Assembly: GCA_977016875.1 (NCBI GenBank)
Contig: CDRNST010000099.1
Location: forward strand, 186,001-250,000
DNA: 64,000 bases
Direction of reading: 5' to 3'
From: Pavona decussata
Taxonomy: Eukaryota
Shown piece by piece: positions 1 to 12,924 of the stretch. Every line of letters starts with the position of its first letter. Within the stretch, counting starts at the first letter, position 1. A model generated the notes under the pieces. It saw only the letters and a program-made list of their open reading frames with translations. It was not told the origin of the DNA and ran no database searches. The position numbers and the translations under genes were made by a program.

Positions 1-516
1 CACGAGCCTCATCCTCTAAACCTTTATTCCCCGATCTGCTAGTATTTCCTTTAGCAGTCCCTCTCCACAAGAAAGATATTCCCTAGCTACTTCCTCTACA
101 ACTTCATCAAGCTCACTTTCTGTTATTTCTGTGAATTGAAACTGACTGAGGCCGAAACGACCCATTCTACGATAAACAGTAATTTCTGAAACAGAAAGTA
201 ACGACGCAATTTCCTTAATATTAAAGCCATCCTCCAGGTACCCCCCTAAAACTGACTTGGAAATTAAATACTCAGGAGCGCCACACGCTTGTGTTCCTGG
301 TTTCCTTGGCGGTGGACTGCTACCATAGTTGAAACACTGTAACCTTAAATTCATCATTGCGTTGCGAACTTTCACACCTAAAAGTTTCATTTCTTCACAA
401 GATAGCTTACATATTTGATCCACAGTTACCTTTTCACGCCAGATGTTCTCAATAAGATGCCCAAGGTGCATCTTATCAAGTATAGTTGACAAAGTGTCGT
501 TGCTTGTTCCCGCCAT
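1..516 (-). pseudogene. IS3EU-like (integrase-core DDE) transposase, 5' part: SAM-like domain + HTH; premature stop; continues off the window edge
   Basis: The N-terminus (LSTILDKMHLGHLIENIWREKVTVDQICKLSCEEMKLLGV) is SAM-like. IKEIASLLSVSEITVYRRMGRFGL is an HTH. ITESELDEVV...CGEGLLKEILADRGIKV matches the segment preceding the integrase core in this family. After the TAG at 16-18 the frame reads RMRL, so TAG likely replaced CAG (VQRxRL motif). Confidence 0.65.
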
Positions 517-647
517 TATTTTGATTCTTCCACACGGGGAACGAGAAGGGATTGGGACCCATCTAAAACCGGTCTAACCAGTTCGTGATAGCGATTAAGG
601 CTGTATACTAGAGCTTGGTATTGCAAGTGAGGCTAAGAAGACAAAGA

Positions 648-931
648 CGAAACCACATCACGTAATGATCGAACCACATAACAATGGTACCAGACCACAT
701 AACAGCGTAACCACATCACATCATGACAAGAGCACAAAAAATAGCGTAACAACCTCAATACATCATGATAAAACCAGAACACATAATGAAGTTATTACAA
801 AACGTAATGATAAAAACACATCACGTCAGGACTGCATTACAAAACATGATGAAGAAACCACAAAACGTAATGAGGTGACTACAACACATAATGAAGAAAC
901 CACACAACATCATGTATCAACAACCACATAA
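648..931 (+). repeat. Degenerate ~21-bp tandem array (ACCACAACACATAATGAAGAA-like), upstream of the IS3EU-like gene
   Basis: About a dozen recurrences of acca/ca...cataatga/cgtaatga. This periodicity explains the T/H/N-rich ORF 665-931. Confidence 0.75.
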
Positions 932-2659
932 GAAAGTTATGGCTTTCCATACACTTACGTGAGTCTTTGAAATTGTTCGCTCGATGAACGATGTCAAAGT
1001 GTTCCTCGACTCAGAATTTTCCAATAGAACTCTTACTAACTCTTTAGGATTGTCCACGTTCATATTAACTGAAACAATGTTGGACAAGATAAAAAAAAAA
1101 ATTGAAAAGAAAGGGCAACTCGTACTACACACGGCCAAAACAAGGCTTGACGAAAAGTTACAAATTGCGTCAAATCAACACACGCAAACAAAATGACACG
1201 CTATTGAAATGCTGTTGTGTCGTTCGGTGGGAAACTTCTAGTTTTTATATGCACGACTTTTTTCCTCAATCCTTTCAGTCCAGGCCTGAAAAGTTTGTTT
1301 TCAAGTTACGATACGCTGTTAAAAAGCAACAAACAAAAATAGAATGGCCGAAACACTCGTGGAGCCGGCTATCGCAAGCGCTTTTGTACCAATTGCCAGG
1401 GATGTTTACGTGCACGAAGAACTGTCTACAGGCATCACAAAATGTTTGGGTTTCATGCCTCTGAATACATAAATGTCAGTGAAGAACCAGTCAAGAAAGT
1501 CCAAAGTTTAGATGTTGACGGAATGGTTGTGGAACCTAAAGGGTGAGTCCAGTTAATTAATATTGCATTTTCGAATTTTGTTTTTTTCATCGACACGGTC
1601 GCACATCTAATTTTGATTTAAGTTCTCTCATTAATACTTATAAGTATTAGCTAGAATTAAATGATATGTTTCTTTCTTACCTTTTGAGCCGCTCGAAGTT
1701 GTTATCTTTTCGAGAATTAGTCTTTGTAGCTCTTTGTAGTTTGCGGTCAGGTCGATTGCTTTCAAACGTAAACATTACGCATTCTACAATTGGAAAATTT
1801 ATCTGGACTGAAATTTTGGATTGCGGATCTTGGAATTGGATTCTTGATTACCTCATTTGAGTACAGTAATATGAAAATATTAAAAAATGAGTCCCTCTCT
1901 TAAAAACGAGGATGTTGAGAATGCTAGAAATCAGATTCTAAAATCAGTGGTATTGGTTCTTGTTCATTGAGTGATTTTGTCTGCAGAATAATTATTCAAT
2001 ATTTATAACCACCCTCTACAATCACTCCCACACATCACACAAAATTACCCCAATTGATTTTAATGACTTTTATTTGACAATTGTATCTTTGTTATGTGTA
2101 GATGAAAGATGAATTTCCCCATTATGCGGAGAAAAATGTAATGAACTAGAGTTTTGGATTGAAATTTTTTGGAAATGGATTTAATAGAAGAAAAAGTAGA
2201 AATATGTAGGTATGTGGATTCAATCAAATGAAAAGACTTGTAAAAAGTTGCAGACAACAAAAATTAGTCCTGATCATTGCACTCTTTCTTTCACTTGAGG
2301 ACATATAGTTTAAAGATGTAAGATCATAGATGGCTTCTACGGTGGTAATAATAGTTGAAGACATTTTATGGTATTTTTAGTTTTGTATATATGCCATAAA
2401 GTTTTTATTATCATACTTTTTATTATTGGAATGTCCTTTTTTATATGATCTCTATAATGATTCTCAAGATATGAATCTTTTGGCCAAGAGTACGGAAGAC
2501 ATGACAGGCAATGAGAATAACAACCAAACATGACATATACTGAATATTTCAAAGGTGGGTTACAGTAAACATTTACATTCATCAAATAAATCTATAATTT
2601 ATTATTCTGAACCCAGCTTTCCAAACATGGTTTATATCTAATCCCCGGGTAAGGAGAGG

Positions 2660-2990
2660 ATGGGGAGGGGCGGCCCACTTCTTGAAACCTTCACCCCATT
2701 TCCGACCAAAATATGTCATTTTTCCCTACCCTATTTCAGACCTGACCCAAAATTCAATACCCTATTTCAGATCACAATACATGTTTTTGTTAATCAAAGC
2801 ATACTTCTAACCAGATGAATGATAATAAAAAGATGGCGTCTTCTAAAAATCGTACCCCGATTCTAGACCAGACATTATCATATTACAGACTAATAGGGTC
2901 ACAATCTTTTCAGACCTCAATGGTTCAAAAAGTATACTCTAATTAGGGCCACACATACCTATACAGCTTTTTTAGGAGACTACCCCGACC
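2660..2990. mobile_element. Short non-autonomous interspersed repeat in an intron
   Basis: Internal ccctatttcagac reiterations and G-rich/C-rich ends; resembles repeats common in coral genomes (from memory, not searched). Confidence 0.45.
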
Positions 2991-4356
2991 CCCTCGGATG
3001 CAATCTTGGAAGTATTTGTGGGAGTGTATACAGTACGTTTTACATACACTCTATAAAAATTGGAGGCTCTGACCCAATGTTCAAACCCTAATGGGGGGCG
3101 GGGGAGATCCTGAGTACTCAGTTATAAACAAGAAGGTGTAAAGGCTTTTTTTGGTTTAAATAAGACATTTGAAGAGCTTTTCCTGGACTAGGCACGGCCA
3201 AAAGTGACTCATGGAGTCTACAAATTTAGCCTCATTGGCAGCTTGAAGTCTCTATTAAACAGAATAGACAAGGCTGGGTTCAAACTAGTCTAATACACGC
3301 AGACGTTTTTTGGATTTGTCTTGCATTCCAACCCACACACCCATAAACCGTCTGCACAGGAGGATAGGTTGAAGCCTTCACACTACAATAATCCAAATGA
3401 GGAACATTTGAATTGAGCAAAATCTTAAGTTTAATAATTTTACGTAGAATTGCTTATTGTTGTGTGAATTAGCTCAAAACATACTTATCTACCAAAATGT
3501 GGCCCTTTGATTTTTAAATTATTGCATTGTTTTCAAATCCCTATGAAACAAAATGACAGCAACTGTTATCCTTGACAATCCCATGAGAGAAAATAAACCG
3601 AGGTTTTTATTTTGAGATTTATCACAAATGACAATTTATGAAGCGTGCTCAACATTTAATAGGAACAATGACATCCACCAATTTACATATAGAATCATAT
3701 CTAATAAAACTAAACCCAATTTAATTTACAGTAAAAAAGTGGATCATTAATAACCATGTAAAAGGAACTTTGGCTATTATGGGCATGTGAATGACTTTCA
3801 CGGACTATTATGTTTTGATTTATTTATCATAATTCCCTCTATTAATAGAATGTGAAAGTTCAGGCTTTTCAGGTGAGTCAATTCAACTGTATTTGCAGGC
3901 TGCAGGTGTCTTATCATCCTCAGGTGCCTTATTGGGCTTACCTGAAGTGAACAACAGAAGATATTAAAATTAAATTAATAAAAAATTCAAGATAATACCT
4001 TTATGTTAAATTATTGCTCTTTCCATGTAGGAATTAAAACACAAATTGAAATATTTGTTAAAATAATTATTGTCCCAGGTGAGGATCAGGAAGTGGATGT
4101 ATCCATACATCTGGATATGAGTGACAGTGTTGGTGACAGTAAAGGTAATGCATGCTCAATTTCTGGAAGAACAGCATAAAATCAATTCTGAATTGTTGGT
4201 CTCATTATTTTATCCTCTACAGAGTCAAACATTTGCCATATGAGACGCGCTTATTTTGATTGACCTTCTGCAGGTGGTTCTCAGGAATCTCAGCAGAAAG
4301 ATGGAGATATGGACAAATGATTTTAATGAAATTTGGTACGTAATGAATCAAATAGC

Positions 4357-4650
4357 CCAGGTATGGGACTCCCATATAAACGGGGCGGGGATGCTCATCT
4401 GAAAATTGAAATTAAACCCCTAAAGAGACCAATCTGGGGATGATCCAAAGCTTTTTTCGACCCCTAAAAAAGACCATTTTAAAACAGATCTACAAATAAA
4501 AACTACAGTGATCTCTTCGTGTGCAACCCTTGATGATAACTTGGCAGCTAAATCTAATGGTGTTTTATCAAGAACACACTAAATGTGATTAAAATCTGAA
4601 ATTTACACCCCTAAGCAAGCCAAACAAATGTCCCCACCCCTTTTAACATA
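4357..4650. mobile_element. Short non-autonomous interspersed repeat (MITE-like)
   Basis: The ends GGGGCGGGGATGCTC and TCCCCACCCC are loosely inverted; ACCCCTAA motifs are repeated. Confidence 0.4.
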
Positions 4651-4940
4651 TAAAAACACGAGGAACACAAATCTCCCCCTTCCCACCACCCCCATCTTCA
4701 AAAGCCAACACACACACCGCTCTCAAATAATTTTTGTTGGTAAGATTATACTACACTACACTGTTTTGCCATTTTTTAGGTGAAAATGACAGTGATTTTG
4801 AGGACAGTGCTAATGAAGAGGAATTAGGCATTAATACTTTAAAAGGTAAAATATTGCACCTCCTAATTATTATAATCTATAATCTATACTTTTAAATTAA
4901 ATAAAAATCAGATACTTATGATCAAAACTAACAATGAATT

Positions 4941-5299
4941 AAAATTATTTGCCAAAATTATTTGCACGCTTTCGTTATCAAAACTTTTTACGATATTTAC
5001 TTAATCAATATATATATTGATTGAAATATATTATATATATATATGCTTTTGTTTTGTTTGCGGTGTTAGTAATGTTGTAAGTGAAGATAGTAGTTAATAG
5101 TGTATACAGCCACATTGTAAGTAATTAAGCTAAGTAATTGTATGTTTGAAACACTATTTTTAATGGCAAATAGAGTTTTGTATTGTTAGTAGTGTAAGTA
5201 ATCTGTATTGAAAGTATTGTAATGTAATGCAAGTAATGTGTTCTTGAAAATAAAGTCTCATTTTGCTATAAAAAAAAATAATAAAAATAAAAAGACAAC
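4941..5299 (+). mobile_element. 5'-truncated non-LTR retrotransposon 3' tail with poly(A) and 11-bp TSD
   Basis: AACAATGAATT occurs at 4930-4940 and 5300-5310, flanking a T/G-rich UTR-like tract with AATAAA and an A-rich tail. Confidence 0.55.
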
Positions 5300-5404
5300 A
5301 ACAATGAATTTTGTACTTAAAACTAGTATTCCAGGATTTCCATCAATAAGGAAGCTAGGAAATGTGTAATGTTATTTAAATTATTCAATAAATCAGAACC
5401 AGAT

Positions 5405-6090
5405 ATAAATGATGCTTTTCAGACAGAGACACAGGACTTCATACCGGCATACTTAGAGTTGATTCCAATTGGAATCGAATCTATATGACCTTCAGATTAC
5501 TAGCTAGTTCTGCTGCTCTGCCCAGTAGAAGATCTATATCCAGACTTTTGTTTGAGGGATGGGTTGCAAGCTAGTATAGTGGGACAAAAAGCCACAATTC
5601 CATAGGCATAAGAAATGGATGGGTATCAGCTCTACATGCATTTTTTTTTTGCCATTGTATTGTAGAAGATGGCAGATGTGGCGCCTGAGACGTTGTCACA
5701 AAATCAATCTTGAATCAGGCTGATTAGTATACAAAAACAAATAGCTAGTCTGGACCCGCCTAAGCTATACTACCCAGCTGCAACAGCTGACTCGTATGAA
5801 CTTAGACCACTATAAATCTCAATTCATACCATAGAATTATGGTTTCTATCATACAAAAATGCTTTTATAATACCCGACTCATCAACATTCAAACCATAGC
5901 AGTGAGCAGGATGCTCAAATTATTACTTGAACCTAGTTTAATGGTGTAAGTTCCCACAAGTCTTCTGTAGCTCAGTGCTAGAGCATCTGAAGTAGTAATC
6001 AAAACATCATAGGGTCAACCTTGACTCTCGGTGGAAGCAACTCAAAAGTTTTTTTTCCCTAGATAATATGCATGTTCACAGACTGGGTTA
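5405..6090. mobile_element. Two degenerate tRNA-derived SINE-like heads in inverted orientation (~5405-5530 minus; ~5925-6090 plus)
   Basis: The plus copy has an A-box-like GTAGCTCAGTGCTAGAGCA followed by TAGTAATC...CATAGGGTCAACC. The reverse complement of 5460-5520 gives AGAGCAGCAGAACTAGCTAGTAATCTGAAGGTCATATAGATTCGATTCC. Confidence 0.45.
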
Positions 6091-7719
6091 CAACATTAAT
6101 TCCATATATTTTCTTTGGTACGTTCTTTAGAAACTTTACAAACATCGGATTTAGATGAATCAGAAGAAGGTTATGTAGAAGCCCAAGTGAGAGACAATGA
6201 CAATGAGGACATGGAGGAGGATTTGGAGGAGGCCGACAATATGGATGAAGAGGACAAGGAGAAGGCTGATAACATGGAGGAACAGGACAAGGGAAATCTT
6301 ATTTGTTGGATTTCGCTATTACTTTTGCGTCTGAAGCTGCAGTATAATCTATCTAATACTATGTTTTCTGTACTGTTAAACCTGATCTATTTTATTTTTT
6401 GGGTAATTCACCACCCTCTTCACATCTTTTTTCCCAAAACAATTAATGACCCAGAAATGATCGCAAATTTAAAGGTTCTTGATAAAACAGTAATTTTTGC
6501 TGTATGTCCGAACACAAAGTGTTCAGCTCTCTACGACATGAAGGATATTTGTTCAGAAAAGAATGGGATCAAGAGGGCGGCAGTTTATAGAAAAAAAAAA
6601 TAATGGGTAAGAGGTGTAACACAGAGCTTTCTTTTGAGAGGAACCTATCATTTGGAAAGACTAAAATTGTACCTTACAAAACCTATCCCTTTCTTGCACC
6701 CTCGGAGTGGATAAAGTCTTTTTTTTTTAAACAAGAATTTATTACTCTAATAACAACCAGCCTGAACCTTCAGCAACTGAGTATAGGGACATCTGGGATA
6801 GGCGAATTCTTCAGAAGTTTCTGATGGACCCAGAGGACAGAACCAAAGCCCTGCTGAAGAACAAAATGAACCTGGCACTTCTTCTCTACTTACTTTTTCA
6901 ATCCATTCCAACGTGCAGTGTACTCCTGTGAAGCCCTCTACATTAGCGTCCTTAACATCCCAAAGAGTAATAGGTACAAAGCAAAATGGGCCATGCTTAT
7001 CGGTTTGATACCTGATCCATCTGAGCCAGAGGGTCACATCAATACGTATTTATCGCCAATTGTTGATTATTTAATTACTATGTATGCTGAAATTCGAATC
7101 AGGTTTACGCAACACGACTCAAATATTTTTTGCTACTCAAACTTTAGACGTGGATATCTAAATAACCAATCAGAATTTCGAAAAAGCCTGACACCTTTTT
7201 GTTGATTGATGCCTTGTGAATAACACTGTGCAGCGATTTCGTTCTTCGCGCGGCATTTGATAACCGATTAATTCAATGGAACGACCATCGGTCGATTCGA
7301 GGTTCTACAGGCTCCTGGCACTTAAAAAAGGAAAAGATCGCTCAATTATATTTTTTATAGGAAACTACATTTATTAAGCTTTATAATGATATACAGTTTA
7401 TTAAAGGTTTATTAAAACTTGCGCGCGTACGATTTTTTTTCCAAAGGACACCCGCGAACCCAGGAAGTATCCTTAAAAGGCTTAAATGGAGGCACAGAAA
7501 TAAGAGAACACCACCTGGTAAGTGTTGATTGGTATTATTTTGCAAACAAGAACCATGCTGTTGACAAGCTATCTGGGTTACCAGCACTGAAGAACAATTT
7601 CTATTCTCGAGAACATATTGTAAATGTAAGGCGGTTGATACACAGAGTGGCTTTACTTCCAGTTAAAAAGAACTACCAGTTAGTGGCAAATCTTAGTTGA
7701 TGACTTGAATTCTATTCCG

Positions 7720-9500
7720 TCACCGCACGTACTAAGGGTTCACATGATATAGCATTGCGCCTGCGGGAACTCAGTGTGTTGACACCATTACAGCGAACCC
7801 TTTGGTCAATTTTCTGGCAGTCGTTTTTAGCAATAATTTGCTAGCCAACTTCGGGTTGCAAGATGCCAGATAAAGAAACGGAACATTTGACGAGTAAAGA
7901 AACGCCGGGGTGGAAGAGAAAAGCACAAGATGCTAAAAACACAGCCGAACACTTTGACGTTCATGTCAATGTCGAGAAGAATGGCGCCAAAGTTGGCGCT
8001 TCGACTGGCTCGCCTTGTGATGAAACGCCTTCGACATACCTTGTTGCGGCCGTGAAAGAGGGTTTTGCCCAGCTGTCGGGCAATATGGTTAATGCCATTT
8101 CTGAGGCATGTAAGTCTTTTAAATCCGACCTTGGGTTTTCTTTCGAGGTGAATCACGAGAGCTCTGAGTCAGACCACGAGGATGAACCCTCCGCGAAGAA
8201 GCGAGGTGACCTAAATGAGCAACGCTTATCTAAAGAATCCAGCAAGAAAACCCTTGATGTCGACAAGTCTGTTGGAAATTTGCTTCAGGGATCTCATAGC
8301 GCCTCTTATGAGGGAAAAGCGAAGTGCTTAATAGCCTAAAAAAACTATTTACAAAAGGAGGTAACGGGTCTGAATGTGGACAGCGAACTGGCGAGCATTA
8401 TAAATACCTTGATAAAAGATGGACTGCCTGAGGAAAAGCTCCAGGACAAAATGAACAAATACCACCGTCCTGGAAACTGTGAAAGCCTAATGAAGGTACG
8501 CATTAACCAGGCCGTGTAGAACAATTTAACCCCACCTGTGAGATCACAGGACGTTCGACTTCAAAAAATACAAACGTCACTATTGAAAGGTATGTGCCTT
8601 GACTGTCATGATAAACAAACTTGTGGATCAAATACCTTCGTTTCCAGCTGGAAACGAACTGCTTCAAGAGGCTACTGATGCCTTTGCTCTGATTGCTAAT
8701 GCAAATACTGAGCTTAATCACAGGCGTAGAGAGTTTATAAAGCCTGATTTGCATAATGATTACAAGCATCTAAGCTCTTCATCCCTTGCCATCACAGATC
8801 AATTATTTGGGGATGATTTACCGTGGCAGGTTAAAGATTTGACAGAAGACAATTGTGTGGGAAAAAAGATGACCACAAGTAGTGGGTCTTTTACCAGGTC
8901 TCAATGTGATTCTAGAAATCCTAGAAACTACACCTCCCGCTCCTCAAGCCATGGACGGGGATACCGGAACACATGGAAGCCTTTTTTAGAATGCGTGCTA
9001 CAACAATCAACAAACAAACCCTCCAAGGAAGACAAAGCAAGGAAAGATGAAATAGTCACTAAGAGCTGGGATCCTGTTTCTTCTGTTGATGTTGAGGTGA
9101 GCAAACACCTACAGTTGTCTAATGACTTTATTGCTGGGTGCCTGAAGCAGTTTTCCTCCCAGTGGCAGCATATTACCTCTGATCCGTTTATTCTTGATAG
9201 TGTGCAACACAACAAAATTGAATTTCTTGCTGAGTTTCAATTGAAAAATTGTTGCATAAAGGAGTGATTGAGGAAACAACCCACTGTGTTGGTGAATATA
9301 TACCTACTATATTTATTCGCCCCAAGAAAGATGGCACCTATAGGCTCATATTGAACCTAAAAAGTCTTAATGATCATGTAGAGTATCATCATTTCAAGAT
9401 GGACACTTAACAATCTGCTACCAGGCTTATGAAGCAGAACTGCTACATGGCATCTGTAGATTTGCGAGATGCTTATTACTCGGTGCCTATCGATAAAAAG
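7720..9500 (+). mobile_element. DIRS1-like (tyrosine recombinase) retrotransposon fragment: gag-like ORF + truncated RT
   Basis: The gag-like region has KYHRPGNCESLMKVRIN and DAFALIANANTELNHRRREFIKPDL...LFGDDL. The RT reads AGCLKQFSSQWQHITSDPFIL...IFIRPKKDGTYRLILNLKSLNDHVEYHHFKMDT...YMASVDLRDAYYSVPI and then breaks off at ~9497. Multiple stops and frameshifts. Confidence 0.85.
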
Positions 9501-10588
9501 ACGATCTGATGTAATCTATTTTTAGAATCTGTGCGCAGCGCTATTCAAGGTGGCTCATCAGTGTCGGAGTTTAACCTGGTTTCTATAGCAGTAAATGACT
9601 ACTTTCCCACGGATGAAATGCTAGTCCATGACAGGGTTATTTCCTAATGACATTATGCCAATAACATGGAAAGGGTAACTGTGCACTTGGACCACAGACC
9701 ATATATAGCTTATTTCATTTTCTGTAGCTACATGTACTTCTCTGTGGATGGGATAATCCATCACTGGGCTACCGTGACAACTACACATACCTAAGGAAAC
9801 AACAAGAACCTGAACTTCTGGTTTTCAGATATGAAACTCATATGCATTCGCTGTAATAACCATAACAACATGAGTTGTTCTGATAAAAGACTTCTTATCA
9901 TTATAAGAACTGACTAATGATCTCATTACCAATGACTTCTGCAGAAAATGAAGTCAGTCTGTTTATTCAAGTTAGTCGTCTTGCAGTGTGGTGCATATGT
10001 GCAGTTGCATACATATGTTTAGATACATGTTCATTTATTACCGTGAACTATGAATTGATGTGACTATTTCTATTCAAGACAGCACAACATGGATATGTTG
10101 AAGTGATAGTTAAGTATGGTATTTAATTAAGTAGAACATAAAGAGGTTTTTCTTAGTTGCAAGTAAAGGTACCTCCTGCCTTTCAAGTAATTTTTGTAAT
10201 CCAAAATAATTTGTACTGTATGAACTCTATTTTAGCTTGATAAGAAACAAGCAAATCTGAGAAGAGCAGACTACATACTGTTTGTGAACTATTATTAAAA
10301 GTGCATTTGAATTTTGGACAGATTTGTTACTATACAGCACCCACCTCTCCCACCCCAACCTAAGCCGGATACTTTAACTTTTATAGTACTGATTACTCAT
10401 TTACACATCCCTTTTTCTACCGTACCAAACGATGTGAAATTATGATTTGGTACGGGTAAAAGGCTCAACATCTTGGTACGTGTAATTTTTTCATCCGAGC
10501 CATGCCAAACTTTTTCTGCAGTGTGAATGGGGCTTTAGTGAAATAAACTACCAATCAAATATTCAAGTACAGTACTGAAGCAAGCTTA

Positions 10589-11625
10589 CCATACAAGGTC
10601 CATCCATGCAACAATTTCCATATCTTTAATCGTCTGCTTTAAGGGGCCGATTACATGGCAAATTTTGGCCCGGGCTGAGATTTCAGCCCAGTTTCCTGAA
10701 CAAATCTTCTTAAAACGACGTTCGTGATTACATGAAGAAAGTTTCAGCCTAAAACGGGCTGGAAATTTCAGCACGGGCAAACGGGTTGAAAAACCTCATG
10801 TAATCAGAATGAAATTTCAGCTGGGCTTAAAAAGCCAGGCCACCTGGGTAGAAAAGTGACCTGGCCATGCGCAATGATTTGTTTTCAATAAAACAAGATG
10901 GCGGCTACCAGGTTTCAGTGGAATAACGGCGATAAAATCGAAAATCTTATTCAGTGCCTGGCGAATTACAAATAAAAAATGGACTACCAGAACAGTGACT
11001 TCAATGCAGATAAGGTGAAGCAATATGAAGCTGTTCGGGAAGCGATGGCCCAAATATATGAGGAACCAACCATTACACCTGCCATTACACCATTGCCAGA
11101 GCCAGACCAGGTCGACGAAACTGAGATGCCCAATAAAAAAATTGGAAATTGAGTGCTAACAAGTTAAATATTTGATGCCATTTTGATTTCGGTTCACTCT
11201 TCCTGCCAAATTTCATATTTGGCGCACGGGCTGAAATTCGCCATGCAATCGCAACAAAATTCCAGCCTGCCTACCAGGATGAAATTTCAGCCTGGGCTGA
11301 AATTCGCCATGTAATCAGCCCCTAAATAAAACATTTTCCACGTGAAAAGGTACATATTATTTGGATGGAAAGTATTTTTGTAAACAATTGAGAACAGGTC
11401 ATACCATAAAAGGTGTCTTCTTTTGCCAACAGATCTAAAGTCCTTTTCACAAAGGAGGCAAAAAATCCATGACCCAACACAAATACTAGAAAACCTCGTA
11501 CCAGTCCTCTTCATTTTTGATTCATTGAGAATTTGCTCATGCGTTGTACAAGTCACTGGCACAGATGCCGGTAAACTTGCGGTTAAAAAATATTTCAGTT
11601 GTTTTTCCGAGTTCAGGTCAGCCAT
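10589..11625 (-). pseudogene. Exon of an unknown gene (probable second gene of the EnSpm-like element) split by the Harbinger MITE
   Basis: Removing the MITE plus one TSD joins ...WKMFYL to KQTIKDMEIVAWMDLV followed by a GTAAG donor. Further possible minus-strand exons lie at 9500-10110. Confidence 0.4.
10643..11322 (+). mobile_element. PIF/Harbinger non-autonomous element (680 bp) retaining the 5' part of a Myb/SANT-like accessory gene
   Basis: TIRs GGGGCCGATTACATGGCAAATTT / AAATTCGCCATGTAATCAGCCCC, with TAA on both sides (10640-42, 11323-25). An internal frame from 10898 reads MAATRFQWNNGDKIENLIQCLANYK*KMDYQNSDFNADKVKQYEAVREAMAQIY. Confidence 0.85.
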
Positions 11626-11679
11626 CTTCAGCGTCTAACAGAAAAAAAGTTTTGAATTGCTTTTTCTTTTTTAATTAGG

Positions 11680-11955
11680 GTTATGATTCCACAAATGATT
11701 TCATTACAGTGACGAATCAGCTTGTAATGATTCGTAGTACATGCATTTCATACGTTATGATTCCACCGATGATTTCACCAGCGGATGAAATCATAATACA
11801 TGATTCCAGTACGAATACTATCAAGCATAATGTACTCATCATGAAGCTCCCCCAATGATTCCCCAGCCTGGGAAATCCATATATGCTAATTCCAACGATA
11901 CAATAAAATCAGTACATGAATTAAAAAGAATGATTCCTAAGGTAAATTTCCTGTG
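11680..11955 (-). repeat. EnSpm-like terminus: CACAG end with subterminal ATGATTCC repeats
   Basis: The minus strand starts CACAGGAAATTTACCTTAGGAATCAT at 11955. About 9 ATGATT(C/T)-like motifs occur within 280 bp. Confidence 0.55.
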
Positions 11956-12924
11956 ATGCCGAGTGCAGTCCATGACGATCTATCACGTGACTCTATAGTA
12001 CAGGGCCCTTACATAAGGCCACTCCCTTTAAATAATAGTTCATTCAGTCATTTCGATGTTAAAACTGCTTCTTTTCGCGTTTGCAATTCTTTGCCCCATC
12101 GCTGTGCCGTTCTCCTTGTGGCTGACCAGGTTCCTGTTGTTCCTGACGTTCACCAATTACAAGACGCCCTAGCTGTACTTTCAGCCAAAGCTGGAGCTAC
12201 GCAAGCTGCTCAGAATGCTGATGGCGCCGAACTACCCGCTGTTGTTGCTCTGCCAGCTCCCCCTTTTCCTGAACAAATTGCTGACGTGGTTGGTAGTTCC
12301 TTGCCTTCTGTTGGCCTGCCTCGCTTTTTTTTATATTTCTTAGCGAGTTTCTTTTTCTTGCTTTGGTGAGTTTGTTTAGTTGCTAGTGTTACTGCTACTT
12401 TGTTTTACTAAAAATGTTACAGTTTATCGGTCTCACTCAAAGTTCTTTTACAAATTTCTATATGTCATTTTGGCCTCTCAAGTTTGTCTCGGCTCTAGCA
12501 TTACTTTGAGTTTATAGCGTCCTGGGTGTTGTAGTGAATTTGTTTCACTGTTCATGTTGTGGCGATTTTGTCCTAGTCTGGTGTTGTGGCGAGTTTGTTT
12601 TGCTGGACTTGTTATTATCTCGCTCGTTTCATTTCAGCGAGTTGTCTCACATGAAATTCACGCATGGATCCCTTTTAAGTTAAGATGTATCCTAAGTATC
12701 GTAATAGTCGGCGTATTCCTCTTGAAATTAGGGACTTTAAGATACAAGACGAGAGGGCTGTAAGGTGTGCGCCGCGAGAGCTGGACGCCAGCAGGAGTAG
12801 CTCTTCATGGACGAAATAAGCTGCACATGCTCAAGCCATTGTCATGCTGGGGTGACGTCGAGTCGAGAACTTGGTTTGGCAAGATTTAGCGTTCTTAGTA
12901 AAACGTCAGTATTTTATTCTTCTG

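Larger units (their letters stand above)
1344..7700 (+). pseudogene. EnSpm/CACTA-type (Transposase_21-like) transposase, multi-exon, frameshifted and internally deleted
   Basis: Exon 1 at 1344-1542 (frameshifted) reads GAGYRKRFCTNCQGCLRARRTVYRHHK (Zn-finger-like) with a GTGAGT donor. Acidic micro-exons lie at ~4079-4144 and ~4780-4845. The main exon from ~6131 has AVCPNTKCSALY, RDIWD, and SVLNIPKSNRYKAKWAMLIGLIPDPSEPEGHINTYLSPIVD, typical of animal EnSpm transposases. A C-terminal piece is at 7419-7700 (VSVDWY). Confidence 0.75.

Noticed and set aside
665-931. 88-aa T/H/N-rich ORF as a protein
   Set aside because: By-product of the 21-bp repeat array.
5965-6050. Functional tRNA gene
   Set aside because: B-box and stems are degenerate; it fits a SINE-like head.
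11953-12369. 138-aa Ala/Pro-rich ORF as a gene
   Set aside because: No recognisable domain and a GTG start overlapping the EnSpm-like end; cannot be supported.
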